NCBI GenBank assembly: GCA_965238005.1
Contig: OZ250165.1
Location: 3,232,001 to 3,296,000, forward strand
DNA: 64,000 bases
Reading direction: 5' to 3'
Source of the DNA: Longimicrobiales bacterium
Lineage (GTDB): Bacteria > Gemmatimonadota > Gemmatimonadetes > Longimicrobiales > Gaopeijiaceae
Positions within the stretch are counted from its first letter, which is position 1. The number at the start of each line of letters is the position of its first letter. The position numbers were made by a program, and so were the translations under genes. This document shows, piece after piece, positions 9,726-20,586 of this stretch. Below the pieces are notes generated by a model. The model was not told where the DNA came from. It did not search any database and saw only the letters and a program-made list of their open reading frames with translations.

Positions 9726-11543
9726 ATGAACCGGACATCGAGCTGTCTCACTGCGTATCTTATCGGCACCCTAGCGACCGCGTGCGCGACTGACGTTCCG
9801 TTGTCCCAAGACTCGGACCTGAACGTCTTTCTCGACGCGGTCTTTGAGCGCGGTGTCGACGAGAGACCTGAGTTCCAATCACGCCTCGGTCGCAAGACCG
9901 ACAGATTGGGCGAGTGGAATGATCGCTCCGACGAGTTCGCTGCAGCTCAGATCGAAAAGGATAAGGCCGATCTCGCAAGGCTGCGCGCCGATTTCGACTA
10001 CGAGTCGTTGAGCGACCGAGACAAGCTCAGCTACGACCTTTTCGTCTTCAATGCCGAGCAACGGATCCGCAACCACGCGTTCATCCGCCATGCCTACGTG
10101 GCCGACCAGTTCAACGGTCAGGTCACCGGCTTGTTGACGGTTCTCCAAAATAACCACCCGATCGCCGACGTCACCGACGCCGAGGATTATCTATCGCGCG
10201 TCGAAGGCCTCGAGGCGGTACTCGATGGCATGGTGGCGCGGATGCAGGACCGCGCCGAGTTCGGCGTCATCCCCCCGGCCTTCGCCTTCCCGGCGATGAT
10301 CACCGACGCGGGCAGGATCAACTCCGGCGCTCCGATTGAAGAATCACTCGAGGGAAACGCTCTGTACGCCGACTTCAAGGGCAAGCTGGCAACGCTTTCT
10401 CTCGATGAAGCGCAAAGGGCCTCTTTGATGACCCGCGCCGACGATGCCTGGCGGGGGCCATTCAAACGGGGCTTCGACGCACTGATTGCCGAACTGCGTC
10501 GCCTCCAGCGAATGCAAACTGAAAACCTCGGCGTATGGTCGCTGCCCAACGGAGAGGCGTTCTATGAGAACCGCATCCAGAACCACACTACACTCGACCT
10601 GACGGCCGACGAGATCCATCAGATCGGCCTCGACGACGTGGCCCGCATTCATGTGGAAATGGAGATCATCAAGGAGGCCGCCGGTTTCGACGGCAGCCTG
10701 CAGGACTTCTTTGCTTTCGTGCGCACCGATCCGAACAACTTCTACGAGGACAGCGACGCTGGCCGCGCCACGTTCCTCGCCGAGGCGGAACTGCAGACCG
10801 CGGCGATCTTCGAGATCGCCGATCAGTACTTCAACCAACTGCCGCGGGCGGGGCTCGAGGTCCGAAGGGTTGAGCCCTGGCGGGAGAATTCCACCAGCAT
10901 CGCCTTCTACGACGCCCCCTCTCAAGATGGCTCTCGTCCGGGCGTCTACTACGCCAACCTGGCGGACATGAGCAACGTTCAGAAGTACGTCTTCACGGCA
11001 ATCACCTACCACGAAGGCGTACCAGGCCATCACTTCCAGATCGCCCTTGCGCAGGAAATGGAGGGACTGCCTATGTTCCGCAAATTCGGCGGCTACGGTG
11101 CCTTCACAGAGGGTTGGGCGCTGTACGCGGAGCGTCTGGCGCGGGAGATGGGATTCTACGACGAACCGATGCGGGATTTCGGCCGGTTGCAGGACGAGAT
11201 TTGGCGATCGGTACGGCTCGTTACCGACACCGGCATCCACGCCAAGCGATGGACCCGGCAGCAGGCGATCGACTACTTCACCCAGAACACGCCGATCTCC
11301 GAGGGCGACATCGTCACGGAGGTCGAGCGCTACTTCGTCAATCCGGGACAGGCGCTCGGCTACAAGATGGGGATGACACAGATCTTGACGCTGCGGGCCA
11401 AGGCTGAGAATGCTCTCGGCGACCGGTTCGACATCCGTGAATTTCACGACGCCGTCATCGGCGCCGGCGCACTGACCCTCCCCATACTCGAGCAGCAGGT
11501 GGATAGATATATCGCACAGGAGCTGCGTCGCGGCGGCGGTTAG
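9726..11543 (+). CDS. DUF885 family lipoprotein (putative metallopeptidase)
   Basis: Lipobox LATAC, YHEGVPGHH, FTEGWALYAE, RLVTDTGIH, PGQALGYKMG. Confidence 0.92.
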   Translation: MNRTSSCLTAYLIGTLATACATDVPLSQDSDLNVFLDAVFERGVDERPEFQSRLGRKTDRLGEWNDRSDEFAAAQIEKDKADLARLRADFDYESLSDRDKLSYDLFVFNAEQRIRNHAFIRHAYVADQFNGQVTGLLTVLQNNHPIADVTDAEDYLSRVEGLEAVLDGMVARMQDRAEFGVIPPAFAFPAMITDAGRINSGAPIEESLEGNALYADFKGKLATLSLDEAQRASLMTRADDAWRGPFKRGFDALIAELRRLQRMQTENLGVWSLPNGEAFYENRIQNHTTLDLTADEIHQIGLDDVARIHVEMEIIKEAAGFDGSLQDFFAFVRTDPNNFYEDSDAGRATFLAEAELQTAAIFEIADQYFNQLPRAGLEVRRVEPWRENSTSIAFYDAPSQDGSRPGVYYANLADMSNVQKYVFTAITYHEGVPGHHFQIALAQEMEGLPMFRKFGGYGAFTEGWALYAERLAREMGFYDEPMRDFGRLQDEIWRSVRLVTDTGIHAKRWTRQQAIDYFTQNTPISEGDIVTEVERYFVNPGQALGYKMGMTQILTLRAKAENALGDRFDIREFHDAVIGAGALTLPILEQQVDRYIAQELRRGGG

Positions 11544-11564
11544 CCAACCTCGACGGACGGTAGA

Positions 11565-11747
11565 AGACTCGAGGCTACCGGGGACGGTGCACCTGGAAGC
11601 GAGCGCATCATCTATCGTCTCCCCCATCCCGCACCAGATGGTACCACCGCTCTCTCGCTCACTCCTCTCGAGTTCCTCGAGCGGCTCGCCCTACTCATTC
11701 ACCCGCCACGCATCCATCGCCACCGCTATCACGGGGTGCTGGCTCCC
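11565..11747 (+). pseudogene. IS91-family transposase remnant
   Basis: IYRLPHPAPDGTTALSLTPLEFLERLALLIHPPRIHRHRYHGVLAP, a strongly conserved Y2_Tnp motif. Confidence 0.8.
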
Positions 11748-12830
11748 GGGGTCAACATCCGAGCCCATCGAGCGCAAGGGCTGCATGGGAGGATCAGGCC
11801 GAGGTCAACATGCTAAGTGGCGAGCGCGTCACTGACTCCATGTCCCTCCTACTGTCAACCACTAACGACCAAAGCTGTTCCCGCGCTATTGGCTCGGCAT
11901 CGGCATCGTAGCCGTCAGGCTGTATGTGGTGGCCCCCGGGCCGGGCAGGCCGGTCGTCTCCACCGTCACGGTGCCGGTGAACCCGGTCACACGCCCGTTT
12001 TCGCCGACGGTTGCCGTTCCGTTGAAGCGGTAGGTGGCGGGACCCATCACGTCGCCGGTGCCGGAAGCAATGATCTCCCAGGCGTTGAGAGCCGCCACGA
12101 AGATGATGGTCCCAGTCAAGTTGACCCACGGGGGCGAGCCCGTAATCTCGACGGCCCCGTTTGGCAGTTGTCTCAGCGTCAGTGTGCCGAGGCCGAGCAA
12201 GCCGATGTAGTGGTCGTGGCCGTCCGGGGCGGACATGAGCGAAATCCCTGTATCCAGCGGCCCCTTGTCGCACGGGTTTCCGTCGGCCCCGTCTTCGAAA
12301 ACGGGGCCGTCGTCACTGCGCATACCCATCGCGACGATAGCATCGGTTCCACCAACACCTTTGGCGCCCGGCATCACGCCGTCACCTCCGTTTCCACCCT
12401 CACCGGTTCCTCCAAATAGGAACACTCCGTTCGACGCGCCCTTGTTGGATCCGTCGAAGCCCTGGCCCGGAGCTCCATCACCCCCATTCCCATCTCCGCC
12501 CTTGCCACCATTGCCACCGGGCTTGATATCACCCACCAGACAGTCGTCGAATCCGTTCCCACCTATACCTTCAAGGAACTGGGCCATACCGCCATCGCCA
12601 GGCGTCCCGGGATAAGTGTCCTCGTTGCCATTCCTCAAGACCATCAATTTGCCGCCAGGACCACCACTGGATGTCATGGTGCCGCCGGCGCCACCCGGCT
12701 TGAACATCATGTTGCCGTTTCCTCCAGTGCCTCCCTGAGCGAGAGCCATGCCCCCGGTACCGCTGGCCCCTCCGAAGAACTCCACGCTCAGGAGGCCGGC
12801 GACAAGTCCCCTCGGCACCAAATCACCTAG

Positions 12831-14432
12831 GAGTCTGCGCCGCAGAAGCACAGCTGACTGAGCCGAATGGTCATCGAGCCGTCCGCGGCGAGGCGGATCC
12901 GGGTGATTGGGAGGTTGAGGACTTGTGTCTGCGACGGATCGGGAGAGCGGAATGGATGCGTTGGGGGGGGCAAGAGAGCTACGAGAGCCCTCGCGCCGGC
13001 AGATGCGGGTGAACCCTCGTGCAGTCATGCCGCCTGAAGGGTGTGCAGCCGCTTCACATTGAGTGCCAGGCACACGAGGGTCCACTCGGCCCGGACCTTC
13101 TCGAGGCCCCGGAAGCTGAATCGTCGAAAGCCCATCACTTCCTTGATCCAGCCGATGGGCGCCTCGGCCTGCGACTTTCGCCGTGCGTAGCGTCTGCGGC
13201 CATCTTCGCTCGCCAGCTTCTCCGCCATGCGGACTTTCGCCGGATATTCCTCCTTGTCAACCGTGGGGGCGGCCTTGCCCTCCCGGGCCAGCGCCACATA
13301 CCCGTCGATGTCTCGCTCTTCCAGTTCCTCGAGATCCCGCTCGTTGCAATAGCCCGTGTCCGCCAGCACCTGCGCCGGCGTCTCGCCGTACGCTTGCGCC
13401 ACCGCGTCGACCATGGGCACCAGCTGGCCCTGGTCGCTCGCGTTGTCCGTCACCTCGGCCCCGACCACCAGCTGGTTCTCCCCCTCCACGACCGTCTGTG
13501 CGTTGTAGCACTGCTGGAACCCCTCCGAACTCGTCTTCATGATCCGGCTCTCAGGGTCCGTGAAGTTGCTCTGCGCCGCCTCGTCCGGCTCTCCGTACTC
13601 CCGCTTGTAGGGCCTGCCGCCCTTCGGGTTGCGCGTCTGCCCCGGCTTGCGGCCCCGTGCGTCGTCCGCCGCTCTCTGCTCGGCTTCCAGGCGCGCCTTC
13701 GCCTCCCGGATCGCCGCCAGCCGGTCCTCGCGCCGCTTGAGCTCCTCCGGCACCTCGTCTCCGCATGCTTCCTCGCCGTAGCGCTCGTCTTCCGCTTCGT
13801 CCACCGCCTCGGCCCTCTCCAACAGCCCCCGGATCTCCGCCTCCAGCCGAGGCTCCCCGGTCACCATCCGGCCGTAGCTCATCGCCTTGCGCTTGTTCGC
13901 GTTCGCCCGAACCTTCGTCCCGTCCACCGACACCCTGCCAAGCCCCGCCAGCCCCAAGGCCCGCGCGAGCATCACCACCTCCACAAACACCGCCCGGAAA
14001 TCCCCGAGATGGCGCTTGCGGAACTCGCACAGCGTCCGGTGCTTCGGGAAGTTCTCCGCCGCCAGCATCCGAAACGCGACATCCTCCTCCAGCTTCCTCG
14101 CCATCTTCCGCGACGAGAAGGTGCCCGTCGCATACGCGTAGATCAGCACCTTGACCATCATCCGAGGGTCGTACGGCGAGTTGCGCCGCCCGTCCCCCCG
14201 GTACCGCCCGTAGAACGCGCTCAGCTCCACCGCGTCCACCAGGTCGCTCACATGGTGCGCCAAATGACCCTCCGACACCCACTCCCGAAGATCCGGAGGC
14301 AGCAACAACATCTGCTCCGGATCGTACGGTCGAAATGTCGTTCCCATTCACCCCCCTCGGTGATCCGCAAGCCTTCCCAATGCCTTCGCTACCACCAAAG
14401 ATAGCCGCCGCAGGGTTCTGCGGCGCAGACTC
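12831..14432 (-). mobile_element. IS1182-family insertion sequence, apparently complete
   Basis: Perfect 17 bp terminal IR GAGTCTGCGCCGCAGAA; CTAG direct repeats at 12827-12830 and 14433-14436. Confidence 0.93.
13025..14347 (-). CDS. IS1182-family DDE transposase
   Basis: LLPPDLREW, YDPRMMVKVLIYAYATG, SVDGTKVRANA, NFTDPESRIM, LADTGY, AEAPIGWIK. Confidence 0.95.
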   Translation of the reverse strand: MGTTFRPYDPEQMLLLPPDLREWVSEGHLAHHVSDLVDAVELSAFYGRYRGDGRRNSPYDPRMMVKVLIYAYATGTFSSRKMARKLEEDVAFRMLAAENFPKHRTLCEFRKRHLGDFRAVFVEVVMLARALGLAGLGRVSVDGTKVRANANKRKAMSYGRMVTGEPRLEAEIRGLLERAEAVDEAEDERYGEEACGDEVPEELKRREDRLAAIREAKARLEAEQRAADDARGRKPGQTRNPKGGRPYKREYGEPDEAAQSNFTDPESRIMKTSSEGFQQCYNAQTVVEGENQLVVGAEVTDNASDQGQLVPMVDAVAQAYGETPAQVLADTGYCNERDLEELEERDIDGYVALAREGKAAPTVDKEEYPAKVRMAEKLASEDGRRRYARRKSQAEAPIGWIKEVMGFRRFSFRGLEKVRAEWTLVCLALNVKRLHTLQAA

Positions 14433-16185
14433 CTAGGACGGCTTTGTTGGCCTCGGGGAAATTATCACCGCCCGTGCCACCCGTCGCTGAGGCATTTCCG
14501 CCATCCTCCGCCGGTTGGGTGTCCGTGGCATCGTCTCCGAGATCTCCAGACGCCGACGCCGTGCCCCCCATTCCGCCGCTTCCGGCGACCAGGGTGATTA
14601 GCCTGATGTCCTCTACGAAGATCTCACCGGCACCAGCCGCGAGATCGACGAGCAGCGTGCCCGCATTGCCGCCGTCTCCGCCGAAAGCCACGGCGTCCTC
14701 ACTCGAGGCTTCTCCCGGGCCACCATTGCCTCCACTACCCGCCTGGAGACGGGTTGAACCACCCGTAAACGAGATGCCGATCTCGCTGCGGATGGTAACC
14801 CCACCGCCGTGTCCACCAAACCCTCCATTCGCGGCCATGGACATGTCGTTGCTGAACCCCTCCCCTCCGTTGCCACCGTCCTGGGCAGTGAGGGAAGAGC
14901 TGGAGAGCACCGCACGATCCCGCCCACAGTTCACCTCGATATCGTTGCCGTCGTATCCGTCCTCACCATCCGGCTGACCGTCGGCTCCATCTTCGGCAGG
15001 AGGGAGATCGATAATGCTGCGATTGATGAAGCATGGAAAAGTAGGGCTGGCACTTGCCGCCGCGGCGGGCGCGGGGTTGGCATCCGCAGAGATGTCGGAG
15101 ACCAACGAGACAGGACCCGACGTAGTGATGACAGCGTCTTCGAGCGTGAAGCCCGAGCCCGACAGGATCGAGATTCCGGGAGGCATTGCCATTCCGGCGC
15201 AGGGTGTATTGATCGTCCCTACCAGGCTGATGAGGCCGACGGCTTGGAGACTCACGCCGACGCAGTTGCCGGTAATCGTTCCGGCGATGCTCATCGTCTC
15301 GGTGGCGTTCAGGACGAGGTCGGCATCCACGGTGACCGTGACGCCGACCGGGACCGTGAAGGTCGTCACGTCGACGGTGCCACTCAGCGTGAGGTCTTCC
15401 GTGGGCTCGAGCGGCCCAATGGCTGGCCTGACCTCCGTGCTGGCGGTCCCCGATGCGGCGCCCACCGTTGCCGAGATGGTCGCCATGCCCTCGGCCACGC
15501 CGGTGGCCAAGCCGTTTGCGTCCACCGACATCACCGCCGGTGCAGACGAGCTCCATGCTATTGTGGCACCCGGGATGGCCGCGCCGACGCCGTCCAGGAC
15601 CTCGGCGGCGAACTGAAGCGTCGCTCCCACCACGATGGAGCCGGTGGCGGGTGTCACGTTCACGGTCGTGGCCATCTGAATGACCGTGATGACCGCCGTA
15701 GCGGACTGGGGCGCGCCGTTGATGTTCGTCGTGGCAGTGATCGTGACCTGACCCGGGGTCAGCCCCGCCACGGCCCCCGTGGCGTCAACGGTGGCCACGG
15801 CCTCGTTGGATGATGACCAGGTGAAGGATTGGCCGGCCACCGTTGCGCCCGAACCATCGGTAACCCGGGCGATCAACGTGGTATTGCTCCCCGTCGCGAG
15901 CTGCGCGGTGCCCGGAGAGATCGCCACCGTGAATGTTTCTGGCCCTGATCCGCTGTCACCACCGCAGGATGCAAGGGCGAGAGGGAGCACGACCGAGACG
16001 AGAGCGACCGACAAGAGTCGACTGAGACGCATGGTACCACCGTGTCTAGGGGTTCTTGGGCAACCGGTGGTGGCAGGAAACCACGACCACGAGAGCCAGT
16101 GCCTCTTCATATGTGTCCCCCTCCCTGAACGCACGCAAGTAGGAGGTCGTGGCATACTTAGAGCATCCGCCAGGACAGTCCTCCT

Positions 16186-16700
16186 GTGCGCTGGATCGCC
16201 ACAGTCACAGTGTGGACTGGAACGGCTTCAATGACTGGATCACAAAATCCCAAACACACCGGGTGCTCGGTCTCAATCCGAATGACTGGTAAAGATCGAG
16301 GCTTCGGTCGGCTACTTGGCGTAGGACCTCCGGTCCCAAAGCGGGAGTGGTTCGGCAAGGCTTGTGACGGGGTCCGGTCCGGCCCAGCCCGCAGAGATGT
16401 GAGTGCCCTTCTGGAGGCCCATCTCGTGAACGTAGGCTTCCCGTTTGCGGCCCTGGGGCTGGGCGGCCTTGCTTGGAGAGTCTCGTTTCCGGCCCTCATC
16501 GTGTCCCTGGTGGTGGTGGGTGCGCGGTGACTCGGCGATGGCTCGCAGCCGCTTCGCATGGGCGAGCACGAAGTGGATCCCCCGCTCCTGGAGTCGATCG
16601 AAGAGCCACGGCCAGGCCGGACTCGTCTCGACGACCACCTCGAGGGGGCGGAATGGGTTGAGGAGCTCATCGAGTCGATCCGTTTCCTTGTTCTTGATAC
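16186..16700 (-). mobile_element. IS110-family remnant: N-terminal recombinase fragment plus long non-coding end
   Basis: 16530-16700 encodes VVVETSPAWPWLFDRL...LAHAKRLRAIAES (DEDD region); ~330 bp of apparently non-coding sequence follows. Confidence 0.55.
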
Positions 16701-16968
16701 GAACGGGTCCGTGTACGAGCTGACCTCTACCGTCCCTTGATATCGGGGGGAAACCGGGCCGCGCCATCGAATCCCGGCCGTGTGGACGGTAAAGATCGAG
16801 GAGGTGTGGATACCCGCGAGCCTTGTTCGAGAACAGAATGTTGTAATCGGCGCGAAGCTCAAGATACCCGCCACCAAACACTCTCACGCCCACGATGCGG
16901 CGAGTCCTCGTGATCGGGCCGGGTGGTGTGGGGAAGACGACGCTTTCGGTAGCGATTTCCATCACGAG

Positions 16969-18420
16969 TCACCACGTAAGGATGACCCGGCCATTGGCCG
17001 TGCCCCAGTTCCAGCCGGCGCGGTGGGGGTCGTAGTCGTACGCTCCACCGACGACGATCCTGGCGTTCTCGAAGCTCGATCCCAACTTCAAGAGAAACCG
17101 GTAGAACTCGTTGTCCAGGATCCCCCTCACGTCCATCCTGCCCAACCCCCGCGGAACCCTCGTGGTGCTGGTCAGGAGGCTCACCTGACTCAGGAATCCG
17201 CCCCTCGCGGTGAACGCGAGGTCGAGCTTGGTCAGCCATGCCTTAAGCAGGTAGTCCACGTCTCTCGATGGGTCATCCGTCACGTCACGGCGCTCGGGCA
17301 GCCACATTCGCACGGCGGTGCCACTGATCGTCCATCGCTCGGACGGACGAAAGGCGAGGAAGGCCTCGGCCTCGGTGCTGCGCTCGACCAACTCGTAACC
17401 CTCGACGGACGCGGCGACGGAGTTGGGTGTCCGTTTGGAACGAGCTCTCACATTGGTGACCGAACCGGCGACGAGAACGCGCGGGTTCGGGGTCCACTCC
17501 AGCAGCGTGCCCGCAAACCAGACCGACTCGTCGAGCGTGAAGCCCAACGCACGATCGTCACTCTGGTGGACCACGACGATCGACGGAAGAACGATGCTCC
17601 CGTAGGCCTCGAGGCGTACCTCGTCGCTCAACGCCACCTCCCCGGAGGTGCGTAACGCGATGGGCTGACGTTCGTAGACGACCGTCGTGTCTCCCCGATG
17701 GTGAACGGCGGCGCGACGCCTCACGAAGAGCAGGTTGTTGAGAAAGTCGAGTACGGTGAACTGGGCGGTGAGCTTCGCGGGGCCGGAGTTCCACTGTCCG
17801 CCCACCCATATGTCCCCCCCGTTCTTGTGCGGATCGAGGTGCAATCCAGCGAATGCCACCGCCCTCTCTTCGAGGTCGCGTGAGAAGCGAATCCGCACGG
17901 CGCTCCCATCGAAGCGGGGTCCGGAGATCTGATCGACTCGGACCCCCATGTTCCAGGGCCCTCCCAGCGGGACCTTGGCCTTGAACTCCGCGAATGCGGC
18001 CAGATCCAGAGAGGTGGCACTCCCACCCCTCCAGCGGAAGCCTTCGTCACGTTGGTACCAGCGGTAGCTCTCCATCGGGCTGAAGCGAAAGCCCAGCAGA
18101 TCGAGAAAGTACTTGCTGTCGATCAGGTCGGTGAATCGCTTCAGCGTTCCTATGTCGCTGAATTGCCCGCCGAAGGAGTCCTTACGGTCGAGCAGGGTGA
18201 GCCAAAGCTCTTCCTCCCACGTCCGGAGCGTGGCGTGGCCCACACTGTCCGCCAGGGCGGGGTCCGGTGTATTGCCGCTCCCTTGCCGACCCTGAGCGTG
18301 GCCGGGACCCGGAAGGAGCAAAAGGCAAACAAGGAGAGCAGGTGACACCGTGAGTCGCGTCGTCCGGCCTTGCCAGGGGGGCCAACGCACCCGCTCTTCG
18401 TGTGATCGCACTTGATCCAT
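16969..18420 (-). CDS. Hypothetical secreted, probable outer-membrane beta-barrel protein
   Basis: Signal-like segment ending AHA/Q-type, amphipathic strands, C-terminal Trp. Start uncertain. Confidence 0.7.
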   Translation of the reverse strand: MDQVRSHEERVRWPPWQGRTTRLTVSPALLVCLLLLPGPGHAQGRQGSGNTPDPALADSVGHATLRTWEEELWLTLLDRKDSFGGQFSDIGTLKRFTDLIDSKYFLDLLGFRFSPMESYRWYQRDEGFRWRGGSATSLDLAAFAEFKAKVPLGGPWNMGVRVDQISGPRFDGSAVRIRFSRDLEERAVAFAGLHLDPHKNGGDIWVGGQWNSGPAKLTAQFTVLDFLNNLLFVRRRAAVHHRGDTTVVYERQPIALRTSGEVALSDEVRLEAYGSIVLPSIVVVHQSDDRALGFTLDESVWFAGTLLEWTPNPRVLVAGSVTNVRARSKRTPNSVAASVEGYELVERSTEAEAFLAFRPSERWTISGTAVRMWLPERRDVTDDPSRDVDYLLKAWLTKLDLAFTARGGFLSQVSLLTSTTRVPRGLGRMDVRGILDNEFYRFLLKLGSSFENARIVVGGAYDYDPHRAGWNWGTANGRVILTW

Positions 18421-18580
18421 ACCCCTGTGGATCGCACCTCGCAGCTCCGGGGATCGTAGCCGAGCGGTATCGCGCCACCGGGAGCTTCCGTAAACGGCGC
18501 TATCGGCGGTCCGCGCCTTCGTAGGCTCCGGCTACACGGAGCTATGGCCTGGAGACAAGCTCCGTCGCCGAAAGGCGGAC

Positions 18581-18994
18581 ATGACAGACGGACCAATTTC
18601 ACTCAGGAGGAGATCCCAGGCAACGGAAAAGCCGGCACAACCCCGTGGTAGACAAGAGCATCCATCCGAGGTACGCGCAGCCGCGATGGCCGCGTTATTG
18701 GCCGGTCAGGGCGTGTCAGCGGTGGCGAGGGAGTACGCGATACCCGAGAGCACCGTGAGCCGCTGGAGGGCTAACGCACGACGAGACGCGGGGCTCTCAG
18801 ACAACATAGGCGAACTCCTGTTGGGATACGTGCGTGAGAACCTCACAACGTTGCAGGTCCAGGCGGTAGCGTTCCGCGATGATGCGTGGCTCAAGGAGCA
18901 GCCCGCCGGCGAGCTCGCGATTTTGCACGGGGTGATGACCGACAAATGCGTCCGATTGCTGGAAGCATTGAATGGAGGAATACCGAATGACTGA
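18581..18994 (+). CDS. HTH protein resembling phage terminase small subunits
   Basis: AAMAALLAGQGVSAVAREYAIPESTVSRW HTH plus helical LHGVMTDK tail. Start may lie further downstream. Confidence 0.6.
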   Translation: MTDGPISLRRRSQATEKPAQPRGRQEHPSEVRAAAMAALLAGQGVSAVAREYAIPESTVSRWRANARRDAGLSDNIGELLLGYVRENLTTLQVQAVAFRDDAWLKEQPAGELAILHGVMTDKCVRLLEALNGGIPND

Positions 18995-19262
18995 TCTACT
19001 ACGTGGACGATGGCATCATGTTGCCTCCCAATAGGCCGATGGCAATAGGCAAGGAAGCAATAGGCGATGCTTCTGAGGCGTTAGGAATTGGCGCGCCCGG
19101 CTCCTCAGTAACGTGGCAACCCATGAAGATCGAGGTCGCTCGGTCTGGGGATATCGGGTACGCGATTGGCACGTTTGAGGGATCTTTCGTCGATGACGCT
19201 GGAAGTCCTGTACCAATCAAGGGCAAGTACGTCGAGATTTGGAAGAAGCAGGCCGATGGGCG
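18990..19262 (+). pseudogene. DUF4440/SnoaL-like (NTF2-fold) fragment
   Basis: MLPPNRPMAIGKEAI...VARSGDIGY...GKYVEIWKKQADG; truncated at both ends. Confidence 0.7.
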
Positions 19263-19504
19263 CAGATTCAACCGTTGCGATCAGCGCCGTAAGACAACTC
19301 AACAGCAACCTGCGCCTTGGATTCGGCGGCACAAAAAGCACACATCAATATGATGGCGATTGGTCTCGTCATAGCCTCCCGCAACCTCAATCCCGTGGGT
19401 CGTGACTCTGCGGGGCGATGCACGAACTGTGCTCACCTACCCCGCAACCTCGGAAGTTCCTCGAATGGGGAGGCAAAGGTATAGAAGCCGACCCCACCTC
19501 GTGG

Positions 19505-20586
19505 GGCGTTGTTGCATGGCTTGGAGCAGAGGACAGATCCCCCATCCCCCGAGCGTAAATCACTCCACGCGGTAGCTGTCCGGCATCCCAAGCAGGGTCA
19601 TCGTGTTGAGAATCTTGCTCGCCAGATGCACCTCAACTCGTTGTCCGTCGATGGATCGACTTCGCATACTTCGACCGATGATCGTCTTGTATCGGAAGAC
19701 GGTATTCTCCACCAGGCTGCGCTGGCTGTAGCCTGAGGACGTGTGCCACTCGCGCCGCCCGAGTTCTCGGATCGAGCGAATGTTGCGATTTCTCTCTTGG
19801 AGTGCGGCCGACGGCTTCGGGCTGAGCTGGGCGTTGCGTCCAGGTGGAATGAGCACACGCACCGCCGGTCCGTCACCCCGCCCATGGGCGGCTTCGTAGA
19901 CCGCCTTGCTGTCGTACGCGCCGTCCGCCAAGACCGATGCGATGGGATCAGCAATCTGCTCCAGCACGGCCGGGACCTGGGTACAGTCATGCGTCCGGCG
20001 AGCGGTCAGATCCGATGCGACGATCTCACCTGATGCAGCGTCGACCGCGAGGTGCAGCTTCCTCCAAGCCCTGTTCCGAGGCGGTTTTTGCATATGACCG
20101 ACGTGAATCCTGAGTCCTGTACTATCGATCAGCAGGTGGAGCGGCCGATCTGTGGGGAGCCTCCGGAGCTGGATCGCGCCGAGTTTGCGAAGCCGCCGGG
20201 ACAGGGTCGTGTGATCAGGGATCGGAAGATCCAACTCGAGCAGCTGGGCCAGCGACCGGAGGAAGCCCTCGGTCTGGCGAAGCGGAAGATGAAAGACCAT
20301 GCCGATCGTCAGCGCAGCCTCGATCGCGAGGTCGGCATAGGTGCGTTGGCCGCCAGGTTTCCCGCTCGCCGGAGCACGCCAAGCATCGAGCGCGGCATCG
20401 GAGAGCCAGACAGTCAGGGCGCCACGCTTCTGGAGGCCCGCCTCGTACTCAGCCCAATTCCCCACCCGATATCGAGGCTTCGCGTACTTGTACTGGCTGC
20501 GCTTCGGATACTTCACGGGTGCTCACTCCAGGGTCAGGGGTTTCGCATCACCATGAACCTACAATCAGGAGCCATGCACCAAGGCC
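19505..20586 (-). mobile_element. IS5-family (IS903-like) insertion sequence
   Basis: Imperfect IRs GGCGTTGTTGCATGGCT / AGCCATGCACCAAGGCC (15/17); no target duplication visible. Confidence 0.88.
19560..20516 (-). CDS. IS5/IS903-group transposase
   Basis: NWAEYEAGLQKRG, PDHTTLSRR, IDSTGL, WRKLHLAVD, ADGAYD, SGYSQRSLVEN. Confidence 0.93.
   Translation of the reverse strand: MKYPKRSQYKYAKPRYRVGNWAEYEAGLQKRGALTVWLSDAALDAWRAPASGKPGGQRTYADLAIEAALTIGMVFHLPLRQTEGFLRSLAQLLELDLPIPDHTTLSRRLRKLGAIQLRRLPTDRPLHLLIDSTGLRIHVGHMQKPPRNRAWRKLHLAVDAASGEIVASDLTARRTHDCTQVPAVLEQIADPIASVLADGAYDSKAVYEAAHGRGDGPAVRVLIPPGRNAQLSPKPSAALQERNRNIRSIRELGRREWHTSSGYSQRSLVENTVFRYKTIIGRSMRSRSIDGQRVEVHLASKILNTMTLLGMPDSYRVE

Larger units (their letters stand above)
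11886..16032 (-). pseudogene. Ig-like (Big_2) plus Gly-rich surface lipoprotein, interrupted by an IS1182-family element
   Basis: Lipobox LASC, two WSSS..AV.xVD..G Big_2 repeats, GGxGG repeats. Removing 12831-14432 and one CTAG restores a 2541 bp in-frame ORF (..NKAVLG|DLVPRG..). Confidence 0.88.

Noticed and set aside
18505..18580. REP-like hairpin sequence (..CCGTCGCCGAAAGGCGG)
   Set aside because: Single copy in the window; cannot be supported as a repeat family or ncRNA.
19378..19451. CCCGCAACCTC repeated twice
   Set aside because: An 11 bp pair in degraded intergenic DNA, with no further structure.
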